Positions 48,506-61,732 of a stretch of 64,000 nt of DNA are shown piece after piece; the first letter of the stretch is position 1, and the number at the start of each line of letters is the position of its first letter. The position numbers were made by a program, and so were the translations under genes. Source of the DNA: Eledone cirrhosa (lineage: Eukaryota); assembly GCA_964016885.1 (NCBI GenBank), contig OZ024742.1, positions 147,312,001-147,376,000 of the forward strand, written 5' to 3'. The notes below the pieces were generated by a model. That model was not told the origin of the DNA and did not search any database. It was given only the letters and a program-made list of their open reading frames with translations.

Positions 48506-50119
48506 ACTTGATATATTTCTGTATAAATATTTCTTCTATTCACACTGAGATGTCTTCGGTAAATATATTATTTTATCTCTCAATAATCCTCTGCATATGT
48601 ATTTTATTCTTTCTTTTTCATATTTCTGTTCACTTACTTTTCTTTCTAACTATAAAAATATTTATTTTATTTTCCTCTTAGAATATTTCATGTTTATAGA
48701 ATATATTGATCTGTTGTATTTGTATGGCTTGGATGTGAAAGATAAGTGAGAAAGAGGGAGAGAGAGAGTCGGATAGTCTTGTAATCTGGAAATTATTGCA
48801 TTTTGCTGGTGCTGGTCACAGTGAGCTTGTCTAGCCAGACAGCATCACAATGATTCTAAGATGCAGTTTGTTATTGTACATTGAAGTAGAACCATATTTG
48901 GCTTGTATGTGAAAGATATGAAAGAGAGAGACCGAATTGGATGGTGCAAATCATAAAAAGCCTGATTCTGAAATGTAGTTTGTCATTTTATATTGAAGTA
49001 TAATCATGTTTGGTTATTGGCATCTTCTCAGAATTTGTGGAAGTTGAGGTTTGAATGTGTTAGCAAATATGAATTTATTTGATGCATTTGGAAATAATAT
49101 TGAACAAACTTTGAGATAATGTTTTCATATTGTAATTAGAGTGTTATATTACCATATGTCTCATGAAAGAGACTGCATATGGTTTTCAAATAATTTTGAA
49201 AATAATCAAGAATTTAGAGTGATTTAGTAATATAACTAACTTTCTTGTTATTAAGCTGCTGTTTGGAATAGAATTATGATAGGTTATTCAGATAAAAAAG
49301 AACATTTTAAAATGAACAGCTTAGTATCACAGAACCCAAGGTAGTTTCAGGCAGTTTAATATCAAAAGGGTTTAAATTTTCTCAGATATTAGATGCATCA
49401 TTGTTCTAGTTATGAGTTGTTGTTTAAAACTGGATATTAACATCATTGTTACAGTCATCAATACAGGGTATACACTAGAGATGAAAAATTGTTGACCCTG
49501 GAACAAAGTGTTTCAATCATATCTCATAATATTGGCTCTCACAATTGAGATGATGTAGGATTGACTAAAACCACTAAAAGAGAGAAGCTTTTAAAGATAG
49601 ATTTTTCTCTTGATTCTGCCAATTCACTGGCTGCATATTTTACTGAAGCATGAAAAATTAAGTGTTGCCTAGAGATGCAATAATATAAAGATTTTAAATC
49701 ATAACCACAATCAAAGAGGTACCCTTCAATCATGATTGACCATGGATTTGCACCCAGGAAGTTCCTCTCTAAAGCACAAACCTTGACAGGGTATTTTGTT
49801 GAAGATCAGCAGTTGCCCTTCATACCAGTCTCCTCTCTCTACACTACTGATATTGTCCAAAGGATGGATAAAGGCCAATACAGCTTGGCACCGTTGTCAT
49901 GGCAACTAGTTTTTTCTGATTGAGTGAACTGGAAACAATGTGAACTAAAGGGTCTTGCTCAAGGACACAACACACTGCCTAGTCTGAAAATCAAACTCAT
50001 GATTTTACAGCCATGAGCCCCAACACCCTAACTCGTAAGGTATACACCTTCATTTGACCATAATTATGTGAGTTTGTAATCCAATTAGTTCCTTATCCAA
50101 CCCATGTATGCATTTTACA

Positions 50120-53100
50120 TCTGTTGTGTGAGCTGTGAGTGTGGTGAGTGATCTATTGTGGGAGCTGTGAGTGGTAAGTGATCTGTTGTGAGAGCTGTGA
50201 GTGGTGAGTGATCTATTGAGGGAGCTGTGAGTGTGGGGAGTGATCTATTGTGGGAGCTGTGGGTGTGGGGAGTGATCTATTGTGGGAGCTGTGAGTGTGG
50301 GGAGGGAGCTGTGACTGGTGAGTGATCTATTGTGGGAGCTGTGAGTGTGGGGAGTGATCTATTGAGGGAGCTGTGAGTGTGGGGAGTGATCTATTGTGGG
50401 AGCTGTGAGTGGTGAGTGATCTATTGTGGGAGCTGTGAGTGGTGGGTGATCTATTGTGGGAGCTGTGAGTGTGGGGAGTGATCTATTGAGAGCTGTGACT
50501 GTGGGGAGTGATCTATTGTGGGATGTGTGAGTGTGGGGAGGGAGCTGTGACTGCTGAGTGATCTATTGTGGGAGCTGTGAGTGTGGGGAGTGATCTATTG
50601 AGGGAGCTGTGAGTGTGGGGAGTGATCTATTGAGGGAGCTGTGAGTGTGGGGAGTGATCTATTGTGAGAGCTGTGAGTGTGGGGAGTGATCTATTGTGAG
50701 AGCTGTGAGTGTGGGGAGTGATCTATTGTGAGAGCTGTGAGTGTGGGGAGTGATCTATTGTGAGAGCTGTGAGTGTGGGGAGTGATCTATTGTGGGAGCT
50801 GTGAGTGTGGGGAGTGATCTATTGTGGGAGCTGTGAGTGTGGGGAGTGATCTATTGTGGGAGCTGTGAGTGTGGGGAGTGATCTATTGTGGGATGTGTGA
50901 GTGTGGGGAGGGAGCTGTGACTGGTGAGTTATCTATTGTGGGAGCTGTGAGTGTGGGGAGTGATCTATTGAGGGAGCTGTGAGTGTGGGGAGTGATCTAT
51001 TGTGGGATGTGTGAGTGGGGAGGGAGCTGTGACTGGTGAGTGATCTATTGTGGGAGCTGTGAGTGTAGGGAGTGATCTATTGAGGGAGCTGTGAGTGTGG
51101 GGAGTGATCTATTGTGGGATGTGTGAGTGTGGGGAGGGAGCTGTGACTGGTGAGTGATCTATTGTGGGAGCTGTGAGTGTGGGGAGTGATCTATTGTGGG
51201 AGCTGTGGGTGTGGTGAGTGATCTATTGTGGGAGCTGTGAGTGTGGTGAGTGATCTATTGTGGGAGCTGTGAGTGTGGTGAGTGATCTATTGTGGGAGCT
51301 GTGAGTGTGGGGAGTGATCTATTGTGAGAGCTGTGAGTGTGGGGAGTGATCTATTGTGAGAGCTGTGAGTGTGGGGAGGGAGCTGTGACTGTGGGGAGTG
51401 ATCTATTGTGGGAGCTGTGGGTGTGGGGTGGGAGCTGTGGGTGTGGGGAGTGATCTATTGTGGGAGCTGTGGGGTGGGAGCTGTGGGTGTGGGGAGTGAT
51501 CTATTGTGGGAGCTGTGGGTGTGGGGAGTGATCTATTGTGGGAGCTGTGAGTGTGGGGAGTGATCTATTGTGGGAGCTGTGAGTGTGGGGAGTGATCTAT
51601 TGTGGGAGCTGTGAGTGTGGTGAGTGATCTATTGTGGGAGCTGTGAGTGTGGTGAGTGATCTATTGTGGGAGCTGTGAGTGTGTGGAGTGATCTATTGTG
51701 GGAGCTGTTACTGTGGTGAGTGATCTATTGTTGGAGCTGTGAGTGTGGTGAGTGATCTATTGTGGGAGCTGTGAGTGTGGTGAGTGATCTATTGTGGGAG
51801 CTGTGAGTGTGGGGAGTGATCTATTGTGGGAGCTGTGAGTGTGGGGAGTGATCTATTGTGGGAGCTGTGAGTGTGGGGAGTGATCTATTGTGGGAGCTGT
51901 GAGTGTGGGGAGTGATCTATTGTGGGAGCTGTGAATGTGGGGAGTGATCTATTGAGAGCTGTGAATGTGGGGAGTGATCTATTGTGGGAGCTGTGGGTGT
52001 GGGGAGTGATCTATTGTGGAAGCTGTGAGTGTGGGGAGTGATCTATTGTGGGAGCTGTGAGTGTGTGGAGTGATCTATTGTGGGAGCTGTGGGTGTCGGG
52101 AGTGATCTATTGTGGGAGCTGTGAGTGTAGTGAGTGATCTATTGTGAGAGCTGTGAGTGTGGTGAGTGATCTATTGTGGGAGCTGTGAGTGTGGGGAGTG
52201 ATCTATTGTGGGAGCTGTGAGTGTGGTGAGTGATCTATTGTGGGAGCTGTGAGTGTGGTGAGTGATCTATTGTGGGAGCTGTGAGTGTGGGGAGTGATCT
52301 ATTGTGAGAGCTGTGAGTGTGGGAAGGGAGCTGTGACTGTGGGGAGTGATCTATTGTGGGAGCTGTGACTGTGGTGAGTGATCTATTGTGGGAGCTTTGG
52401 GTGTGGGGAGTGATCTATTGTGGGAGCTGTGAGTGTGGCGAGTGATCTATTGTGGGAGTTGTGGGTGTGGGGAGTGATCTATTGTGGGAGCTGTGGGTGT
52501 GGGGCGTGATCTATTGTGGGAGCTGTGGGTGTGGGGAGTGATCTATTGTGGGATGTGTGAGTGTGGGGAGTGATCTATTGTGGGATGTGTGAGTGTGGGG
52601 AGTGATCTATTGTGGGAGCTGTGAGTGTGGGGAGTGATCTATTTTGGAAGCTGTGAGTGTGGGGAGTGATCTATTGTGGGAGCTGTGGGTGTGGGGAGTG
52701 ATCTATTGTGGGAGCTGTGGGTGTGGGGAGTGATCTATTGTGGGATGTGTGAGTGTGGGGAGTGATCTATTGTGGGAGCTGTGAGTGTGGGGAGTGATCT
52801 ATTGTGGGAGCTGTGACTGGGGAGTGATCTATTGTGGGAGCTGTGAGTGTGGGGAGTGATCTATTGTGGGATGTGTGAGTGTGGGGAGTGATCTATTGTG
52901 GGATGTGTGAGTGTGGGGAGTGATCTATTGTGGGAGCTGTGGGTGTGGGGAGTGATCTATTGTGGGATGTGTGAGTGTGGGGAGGGAGCTGTGACTGGTG
53001 AGTGATCTATTGTGGGAGCTGTGAGTGTGGGGAGTGATCTATTGTGGGAGCTGTGGGTGTGGTGAGTGATCTATTGTGGGAGCTGTGAGTGTGGTGAGTG

Positions 53101-56100
53101 ATCTATTGTGGGAGCTGTGAGTGTGGTGAGTGATCTATTGTGGGAGCTGTGAGTGTGGGGAGTGATCTATTGTGAGAGCTGTGAGTGTGGGGAGTGATCT
53201 ATTGTGAGAGCTGTGAGTGTGGGGAGGGAGCTGTGACTGTGGGGAGTGATCTATTGTGGGAGCTGTGGGTGTGGGGTGGGAGCTGTGGGTGTGGGGAGTG
53301 ATCTATTGTGGGAGCTGTGGGGTGGGAGCTGTGGGTGTGGGGAGTGATCTATTGTGGGAGCTGTGGGTGTGGGGAGTGATCTATTGTGGGAGCTGTGAGT
53401 GTGGGGAGTGATCTATTGTGGGAGCTGTGAGTGTGGGGAGTGATCTATTGTGGGAGCTGTGAGTGTGGTGAGTGATCTATTGTGGGAGCTGTGAGTGTGG
53501 TGAGTGATCTATTGTGGGAGCTGTGAGTGTGTGGAGTGATCTATTGTGGGAGCTGTTACTGTGGTGAGTGATCTATTGTTGGAGCTGTGAGTGTGGTGAG
53601 TGATCTATTGTGGGAGCTGTGAGTGTGGGGAGTGATCTATTGTGGGAGCTGTGAGTGTGGGGAGTGATCTATTGTGGGAGCTGTGAGTGTGGGGAGTGAT
53701 CTATTGTGGGAGCTGTGAGTGTGGGGAGTGATCTATTGTGGGAGCTGTGAATGTGGGGAGTGATCTATTGAGAGCTGTGAATGTGGGGAGTGATCTATTG
53801 TGGGAGCTGTGGGTGTGGGGAGTGATCTATTGTGGAAGCTGTGAGTGTGGGGAGTGATCTATTGTGGGAGCTGTGAGTGTGTGGAGTGATCTATTGTGGG
53901 AGCTGTGGGTGTCGGGAGTGATCTATTGTGGGAGCTGTGAGTGTAGTGAGTGATCTATTGTGAGAGCTGTGAGTGTGGTGAGTGATCTATTGTGGGAGCT
54001 GTGAGTGTGGGGAGTGATCTATTGTGGGAGCTGTGAGTGTGGTGAGTGATCTATTGTGGGAGCTGTGAGTGTGGTGAGTGATCTATTGTGGGAGCTGTGA
54101 GTGTGGGGAGTGATCTATTGTGAGAGCTGTGAGTGTGGGAAGGGAGCTGTGACTGTGGGGAGTGATCTATTGTGGGAGCTGTGACTGTGGTGAGTGATCT
54201 ATTGTGGGAGCTGTGGGTGTGGGGAGTGATCTATTGTGGGAGCTGTGAGTGTGGCGAGTGATCTATTGTGGGAGTTGTGGGTGTGGGGAGTGATCTATTG
54301 TGGGAGCTGTGGGTGTGGGGCGTGATCTATTGTGGGAGCTGTGGGTGTGGGGAGTGATCTATTGTGGGATGTGTGAGTGTGGGGAGTGATCTATTGTGGG
54401 ATGTGTGAGTGTGGGGAGTGATCTATTGTGGGAGCTGTGAGTGTGGGGAGTGATCTATTTTGGAAGCTGTGAGTGTGGGGAGTGATCTATTGTGGGAGCT
54501 GTGGGTGTGGGGAGTGATCTATTGTGGGAGCTGTGGGTGTGGGGAGTGATCTATTGTGGGATGTGTGAGTGTGGGGAGTGATCTATTGTGGGAGCTGTGA
54601 GTGTGGGGAGTGATCTATTGTGGGAGCTGTGACTGGGGAGTGATCTATTGTGGGAGCTGTGAGTGTGGGGAGTGATCTATTGTGGGATGTGTGAGTGTGG
54701 GGAGTGATCTATTGTGGGATGTGTGAGTGTGGGGAGTGATCTATTGTGGGAGCTGTGGGTGTGGGGAGTGATCTATTGTGGGAGCTGTGAGTGTGGGGAG
54801 TGATCTATTGTGGGAGCTGTGAGTGTGGGGAGTGATCTATTGTGGGTGTGGGGAGTGATCTATTGTGGGATGTGTGAGTGTGGGGAGTGATCTATTGTGG
54901 GAGCTGTGGGTGTGGGGAGTGATCTATTGTGGGAGCTGTGAGTGTGGCGAGTGATCTATTGTGGGAGTTGTGGGTGTGGGGAGTGATCTATTGTGGGAGT
55001 TGTGGGTGTGGGGAGTGATCTATTGTGGGAGTTGTGGGTGTGGTGAGTGATCTATTGTGGGAGCTGTGGGTGTGGGGAGTGATCTATTGTGGGAGCTGTG
55101 AGTGTGTGGAGTGATCTATTGTGGGAGCTGTGGGTGTGGGGAGTGATCTATTGTGGGATGTGTGAGTGTGGGGAGTGATCTATTGTGGGAGCTGTGGGTG
55201 TGGGGAGTGATCTATTGTGGAAGCTGTGAGTGTGGGGAGTGATCTATTGTGGGAGCTGTGGGTGTGGGGAGTGATCTATTGTGGGAGCTGTGGGTGTGGG
55301 GAGTGATCTATTGTGGGATGTGTGAGTGTGGGGAGTGATCTATTGTGGGAGCTGTGAGTGTGGGGAGTGATCTATTGTGGGAGCTGTGACTGGGGAGTGA
55401 TCTATTGTGGGAGCTGTGAGTGTGGGGAGTGATCTATTGTGGGATGTGTGAGTGTGGGGAGTGATCTATTGTGGGATGTGTGAGTGTGGGGAGTGATCTA
55501 TTGTGGGAGCTGTGGGTGTGGGGAGTGATCTATTGTGGGAGCTGTGAGTGTGGGGAGTGATCTATTGTGGGAGCTGTGAGTGTGGGGAGTGATCTATTGT
55601 GGGTGTGGGGAGTGATCTATTGTGGGATGTGTGAGTGTGGGGAGTGATCTATTGTGGGAGCTGTGGGTGTGGGGAGTGATCTATTGTGGGAGCTGTGAGT
55701 GTGGCGAGTGATCTATTGTGGGAGTTGTGGGTGTGGGGAGTGATCTATTGTGGGAGTTGTGGGTGTGGGGAGTGATCTATTGTGGGAGTTGTGGGTGTGG
55801 TGAGTGATCTATTGTGGGAGCTGTGGGTGTGGGGAGTGATCTATTGTGGGAGCTGTGAGTGTGGGGAGTGATCTATTGTGGGAGCTGTGGGTGTGGGGAG
55901 TGATCTATTGTGGGAGCTGTGAGTGTGGCGAGTGATCTATTGTGGGAGCTGTGGGTGTGGGGAGTGATCTATTGTGGGAGCTGTGGGTGTGGGGAGTGAT
56001 CTATTGTGGGAGCTGTGAGTGTGGGGAGTGATCTATTGTGGGAGCTGTGGGTGTGGTGAGTGATCTATTGTGGGATGTGTGAGTGTGGGGAGTGATCTAT

Positions 56101-58330
56101 TGTGGGAGCTGTGAGTGTGTGGAGTGATCTATTGTGGGAGCTGTGGGTGTGGGGAGTGATCTATTGTGGGATGTGTGAGTGTGGGGAGTGATCTATTGTG
56201 GGAGCTGTGGGTGTGGGGAGTGATCTATTGTGGAAGCTGTGAGTGTGGGGAGTGATCTATTGTGGGAGCTGTGAGTGTGGGGAGTGATCTATTGTGGGAG
56301 CTGTGGGTGTGGGGAGTGATCTATTGTGGGAGCTGTGGGTGTGGGGAGTGATCTATTGTGGGAGCTGTGAGTGTGGGGAGTGATCTATTGTGGGAGCTGT
56401 GACTGGGGAGTGATCTATTGTGGGAGCTGTGAGTGTGGGGAGTGATCTATTGTGGGATGTGTGAGTGTGGGGAGTGATCTATTGTGGGATGTGTGAGTGT
56501 GGGGAGTGATCTATTGTGGGATGTGTGAGTGTGGGGAGTGATCTATTGTGGGTGTGGGGAGTGATCTATTGTGGGAGCTGTGAGTGTGGGGAGTGATCTA
56601 TTGTGGGAGCTGTGAGTGTGGGGAGTGATCTATTGTGGGAGCTGTGGGTGTGGGGAGTGATCTATTGTGGGATGTGTGAGTGTGGGGAGTGATCTATTGT
56701 GGGAGCTGTGGGTGTAGGGAGTGATCTATTGTGGGAGTTGTGGGTGTGGTGAGTGATCTATTGTGGGATGTGTGAGTGTGGCGAGGGAGCTGTGACTGGT
56801 GAGTGATCTATTGTGGGAGCTGTTACTGTGGTGAGTGATCTATTGTGGGAGCTGTGAGTGTGGGGAGTGATCTATTGTGGGAGCTGTGGGTGTGGGGAAT
56901 GATCTATTGTGGGAGCTGTGAGTGTGGGGAGTGCTCTATTGTGGGAGCTGTGGGTGTGGGGAGTGATCTATTGTGGGAGCTGTGGGTGTGGGGAATGATC
57001 TATTGTGGGAGCTGTGGGTGTGGGGAGTGATCTATTGTGAGAGCTGTGAGTGTGGGGAGGGAGCTGTGACTGTGGGGAGTGATCTATTGTGGGAGCTGTG
57101 GGTGTGGGGAGTGATCTATTGTGGGAGCTGTGAGTGTGGGGAGTGATCTATTGTGGGAGCTGTGAGTGTGGGGAGTGATCTATTGTGGGAGCTGTGGGTG
57201 TGGGGAGTGATCTATTGAGGGAGCTGTGAGCGTGGGGAGTGATCTATTGTGGGAGCTGTGGGCGTGGGGAGTGATCTATTGTGGGAGCTGTGGGCGTGGG
57301 GAGTGATCTATTGTGGGAGTTGTGGGTGTGGGGAGTGATCTATTGTGGGAGCTGTGAGTGTGGGGAGTGATCTATTGTGGGAGCTGTGGGTGTGGGGAGT
57401 GATCTATTGTGGGAGCTGTGGGTGTGGGGAGTGATCTATTGTGGGAGCTGTGACTGTGGGGAGTGATCTATTGTGGGTGTGGGGAGTGATCTATTGTGGG
57501 AGCTGTGGGTGTGGGGAGTGATCTATTGTGGGAGCTGTGGGTGTGGGGAGTGATCTATTGTGGGAGCTGTGGGTGTGGGGAATGATCTATTGTGGGTGTG
57601 GGGAGTGATCTATTGTGGGAGCTGTGACTGTGGGGAGTGATCTATTGTGGGAGCTGTGAGTGTGGTGAGTGATCTATTGTGGGAGCTGTGAGTGTGGTGA
57701 GTGATCTATTGTGGGAGCTGTGAGTGTGGGGAGTGATCTATTGTGGGAGTTGTGGGTGTGGTCAGTGATCTATTGTGGGAGCTGTGAGTGTGGCGAGTGA
57801 TCTATTGTGGGAGCTGTGGGTGTGGGGAGTGATCTATTGTGGGAGCTGTGAGTGTGGGGAGTGATCTATTGTGGGAGTTGTGGGTGTGGTGAGTGATCTA
57901 TTGTGGGAGCTGTGGGTATGGGGAGTGATCTATTGTGGGGAGTGATCTATTGTGGGAGCTGTGAGTGTGGGGAGTGATCTATTGTGGGAGCTGTGGGTGT
58001 GGGGAGTGATCTATTGTGGGAGCTGTGAGTGTGTGGAGTGATCTATTGTGGGAGCTGTGAGTGTGGGGAGTGATCTATTGTGGGAGTTGTGGGTGTGGTG
58101 AGTGATCTATTGTGGGAGCTGTGGGTGTCGGGAGTGATCTATTGTGGGAGCTGTGGGTGTGGGGAGTGATCTATTGTGGGAGCTGTGAGTGTGTGGAGTG
58201 ATCTATTGTGGGAGCTGTGAGTGTGGGGAGTGATCTATTGTGGGAGCTATGAGTGTGGGGAGTGATCTATTGTGGGAGCTATGAGTGTCGGGAGTGATCT
58301 ATTGTGTGAGTGTGGGGAGGGAGGTGTGAC
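50120..58330. repeat. Minisatellite, 32-bp unit AGTGATCTATTGTGGGAGCTGTGAGTGTGGGG, ~255 copies, inside SFT2 intron 1
   Basis: Period 32; rare variants recur at 1816/1848-bp and 757-bp spacing. Confidence 0.98.
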
Positions 58331-58756
58331 AGAAAGCTCTAAGCATGATAAATGTTTGTTTTATGTGACAATAACATTAATCCTTTTGAATCAAATCAAA
58401 TATATTTGTGTGTGGGGGTGGGGGGTCTGTGTGTGCATGCCCTGAAAATATTGTATGTTCTCTCACATGTAATGATTGTCACCAAAAGTGATACTGCCTG
58501 TTTGTTTCATTTTTCTCTTTACCTTATGACCTCCAGTTGACATCTGTTATAATGTGAAATGACGATATTGGAGGTGTATATTTAAAAATGGCCATATTTG
58601 TTATACTATATATATCTCTAGTTGGCATAAATGTTATTTAAAAAATGACCATATTTGGTATATGTTCCTCCAGAGGACATAAAATAACTGTTATAAGAAA
58701 TTACCATATTTGGTATATATTTTTGTCGTTGACATGTTTGGTGTGTATTCCTTCAG

Positions 58757-58843
58757 ATTTCTGATGCCTCCTCACTCAGTTGGTCAACAAGAATTAAAGG
58801 TTTTGTGATATGCTTTGTTTTGGGTATTGCATTTTCTATACTG
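58757..58843 (+). CDS. SFT2D1: SFT2-family exon 2 (ISDASSLSWSTRIKGFVICFVLGIAFSIL)
   Basis: Acceptor TTCCTTCAG|, 87 nt open, donor CTG|GTGAGT. It joins exon 1 in phase 0 and carries the DASSLS..TR.K.F..CF motif and first TM helix typical of SFT2. Confidence 0.95.
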
Positions 58844-58879
58844 GTGAGTATTATTTTTGTTATTATTATTATTATTTGA

Positions 58880-59012
58880 ACTCGGTTATACATTCTCAGT
58901 TCAAATCCCACCGAGGTTAACTTTGCTTTTCATCCTTATGGAGTCGATAAAATAAAGTACCAGTAATGCACTGGGATAATTACTGGCCTTGTGCTACCAA
59001 AAGTAGAAACAA
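58880..59012 (+). mobile_element. Truncated SINE family B; two more reversed pieces at 59768-60010 and one at ~63555-63690
   Basis: GTTCAAATCCCACCGAGGTTAACTTTG..TTTCATCC..GTCGATAAAATAAAGTACCAG. Confidence 0.8.
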
Positions 59013-59059
59013 TTATTATTATAGAAATCATTATTTTTATTTGGTGAAATGTTTTTTCT

Positions 59060-59350
59060 TTTCACACAGAAGGTCTTGAAGAAGGACCAGTGTCTGTGGC
59101 ATTCACAGACCCTCCAAAACCAGAGAGAATGATACCATTGCTGTTCCACCAAATCTCTTGTAATTCGATGCCTGTATAAAAGATATGGGCTGTGAGGGAG
59201 TTCCTGTAGGTTGACATTCTAGGCAGGAAGGGCAATGTGTAGTGTTCAGTACGGTGCCTTGGGACTGGATACATTAGAGGAGGGATACAAATTAATTAAG
59301 GATACTTGAGTGGAGGTGGCACAAGACCAGCCATCTCCTTGTATTAAAGG
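59060..59350 (-). mobile_element. CR1/Jockey-group LINE C-terminal remnant
   Basis: RTEHYTLPFLPRMSTYRNSLTAHIF resembles the RT.HY..SF.PRT..LWNSLP..VF terminal motif. Confidence 0.55.
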
Positions 59351-59522
59351 CTATTGTAGTAAAAACAGAAAGCGTGTCTGGGGCTTAGTTATTTTCAGAC
59401 TGGAGCTTTTTTGAAATGCTTGCAATAAAGTGGACTTTATGACTTCAGGTAGTCAGATATTAAGGGTGGGAGTCATTAAAAGTATTTATCATTAATTTTT
59501 ATTCTTTAACACTAAATCATCA

Positions 59523-59553
<31 letters not shown>

Positions 59554-59722
59554 TATTTTGATAATTTGGCTGGTATGACCAGTATTTAAAATCGAGTGTC
59601 ACAACAGCATTGCAGATAGCGATTTTTAGACACATCCAGCAACATACTAGCCAATGAAACGTATGTTAATACTTGGAATAAACCCTACTGTATAGCTTAT
59701 CCGTGTTATTCTTCATTTCTTC

Positions 59723-59769
<47 letters not shown>

Positions 59770-61179
59770 GTTTCTACATTTGACACAAGGTCAGTAACTA
59801 TCCCAGTATGTTACTGGTACTTTATTTTATCGACCCCGTAAGGATGAAAGGCAAAGTTAACCTTGGCTTTCTAGTATAGGCACAAGGCCAGTAATTTGGG
59901 AGGAGGGAAAGTCAATTAAAGGACCCCAGTACGTTACTGGTGCTTTATTTCATCAACCCCGTAAGGAGGAAAGGCAAAGTTAACCTCGATGGGATTTGAA
60001 CTCGGACCGTAATAATAAGAAAAGGATGATTTGTTATGTCTTCGTTACGTTTATTGAGTATATATATATATATATATATATATTATTTATTCTTTATCAT
60101 TAACATTAATATAAAAAAATAATAATCATGTTTAATTATTCAAATTTTTTTTTTGAGAGGGCCTCAAATTTCGCATAGCTTAGGGCCTTAGCAGGTGAAA
60201 GTCTGGCTCTGTAGATATGTTCACATGTAGTTAGTGGTACACTATGACTACAGTTAGTCATATATTTATGATCCAGTGAGTAAAGTTCTATGTTGTCAGT
60301 CAAGCTGCCCATAGTAACTTCCCCTGAACTCTCTCTACCATCTTTATAAAACAAGAGGGGGACATGTTGATGTGTAATATCCATGTTGCTCCAGCTTGAC
60401 CGTTGTTAAACTTTCTGTCAGCAACGTTCCAGCAGAACTGACTGAAGCTACTTAATAACAGCAACTACTGCTGCTGCTGCTACTACTACTACTACCACCA
60501 TAACTACCACTACTATTACTACTACTACTAGCATCACCATTACCACTTCTACTATTATTACTGTTACTACTGCTGCTGCTGCAAGATCATTAACATTGAT
60601 AAACTGCAACTCATCATATTCAGCTGGATAATAAAGTACCTCTTTAATGTTCTATGTTCTCCGTGTGGAAATATACTGTGCACACATACAGATTTTACAA
60701 TGGCAAATCAGTGTGTGTATATATGGTTGTGTGAGTTAATGATGTTTGTGTTTGTCTTTATTCTGTGCAGGTATACAATGTGTATGTGTGAGTTAATGTA
60801 TGTGCATATGTGTGTATGTATCGTCTAACCCATGCTAGCGTGGAAGATGGACGTTAAACGAAGATGCTGATGATGATGTATGTGTGCGTAAATAAACTGT
60901 GGAAAGATACAGTTTTCACATTGATGAAACAATGTGTGTGTGAATGTATATGTTAGTGCCTGCATATATATGTTTGTGTTTGTGAGTATTAATATTTGTT
61001 TATGTATAAATATACTGTGGAGAGATAGTTTTCACAATGACAAAACAATGCCTGTCTGTATGGATATGTGTGTGTATGTGTTAGCGTGTTAGTTTGTGTG
61101 TGGAAATATACCATAGAGAGGAGATACAGATTAGGCAGGTAAAATTGTATCAGCCATTTTAGAAATTAAACTAAATATA

Positions 61180-61550
61180 CTGATGCCACAATAAAATGCA
61201 TAAAGGGACTGTGCTGGTGCCATAATAAAATATATCTAGCACATTCTGTAAAGTGGACCTAGTACAGTCTGTAAAGTGGTATTGCTGGTGCCACAATAAA
61301 ATGCACCCAACACATTCTGTATGGTGGTAGTGTAGGTGCTATGATAAAATGTACCCTGTACATCCTATAAAGTAGTAGTGTTGATGCCATGGTAAAATGC
61401 ATCCATTATACTCTATAATGTGATAGTGATACACCCACTACACTCTGTAAAATGACAGTGCTGGTACCATAATAAAATTCATCCTGTATACTCTGTAAAG
61501 TGGTTGATGTTAGGAAGGATATCCCTTTGTAGAAACCATGCCAAAATTGG
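61180..61550 (+). repeat. Tandem amplification (~7 degenerate ~48-bp units) of the RTE/SINE 3' module
   Basis: Repeats of GCTGGTGCCA..ATAAAATGCACC..CACTCTGTAAAGTGG, ending in GTTAGGAAGG..ATCC. Confidence 0.8.
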
Positions 61551-61732
61551 AACATATGTAGATGTGATGTTGTCTTATGGCCCATCAGAGAGGACAGTAG
61601 CTCTTATTAAGTACTGACTTGTTCTATAATGACTCATCCAACACATCCTAACCTGAGATAACAAATATAAAATGATGAAGATGTAAATATTAATCCTTTT
61701 TATTGTTACATGTCTTTTTTTTTTCCAACTAG

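Larger units (their letters stand above)
16211..58756 (+). other. 42,546-bp intron 1 of the SFT2-like gene
   Basis: GT...AG between in-frame exons 1 and 2. The joined protein (…IVTQ|ISDASS…) needs no intervening exon. Confidence 0.85.
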
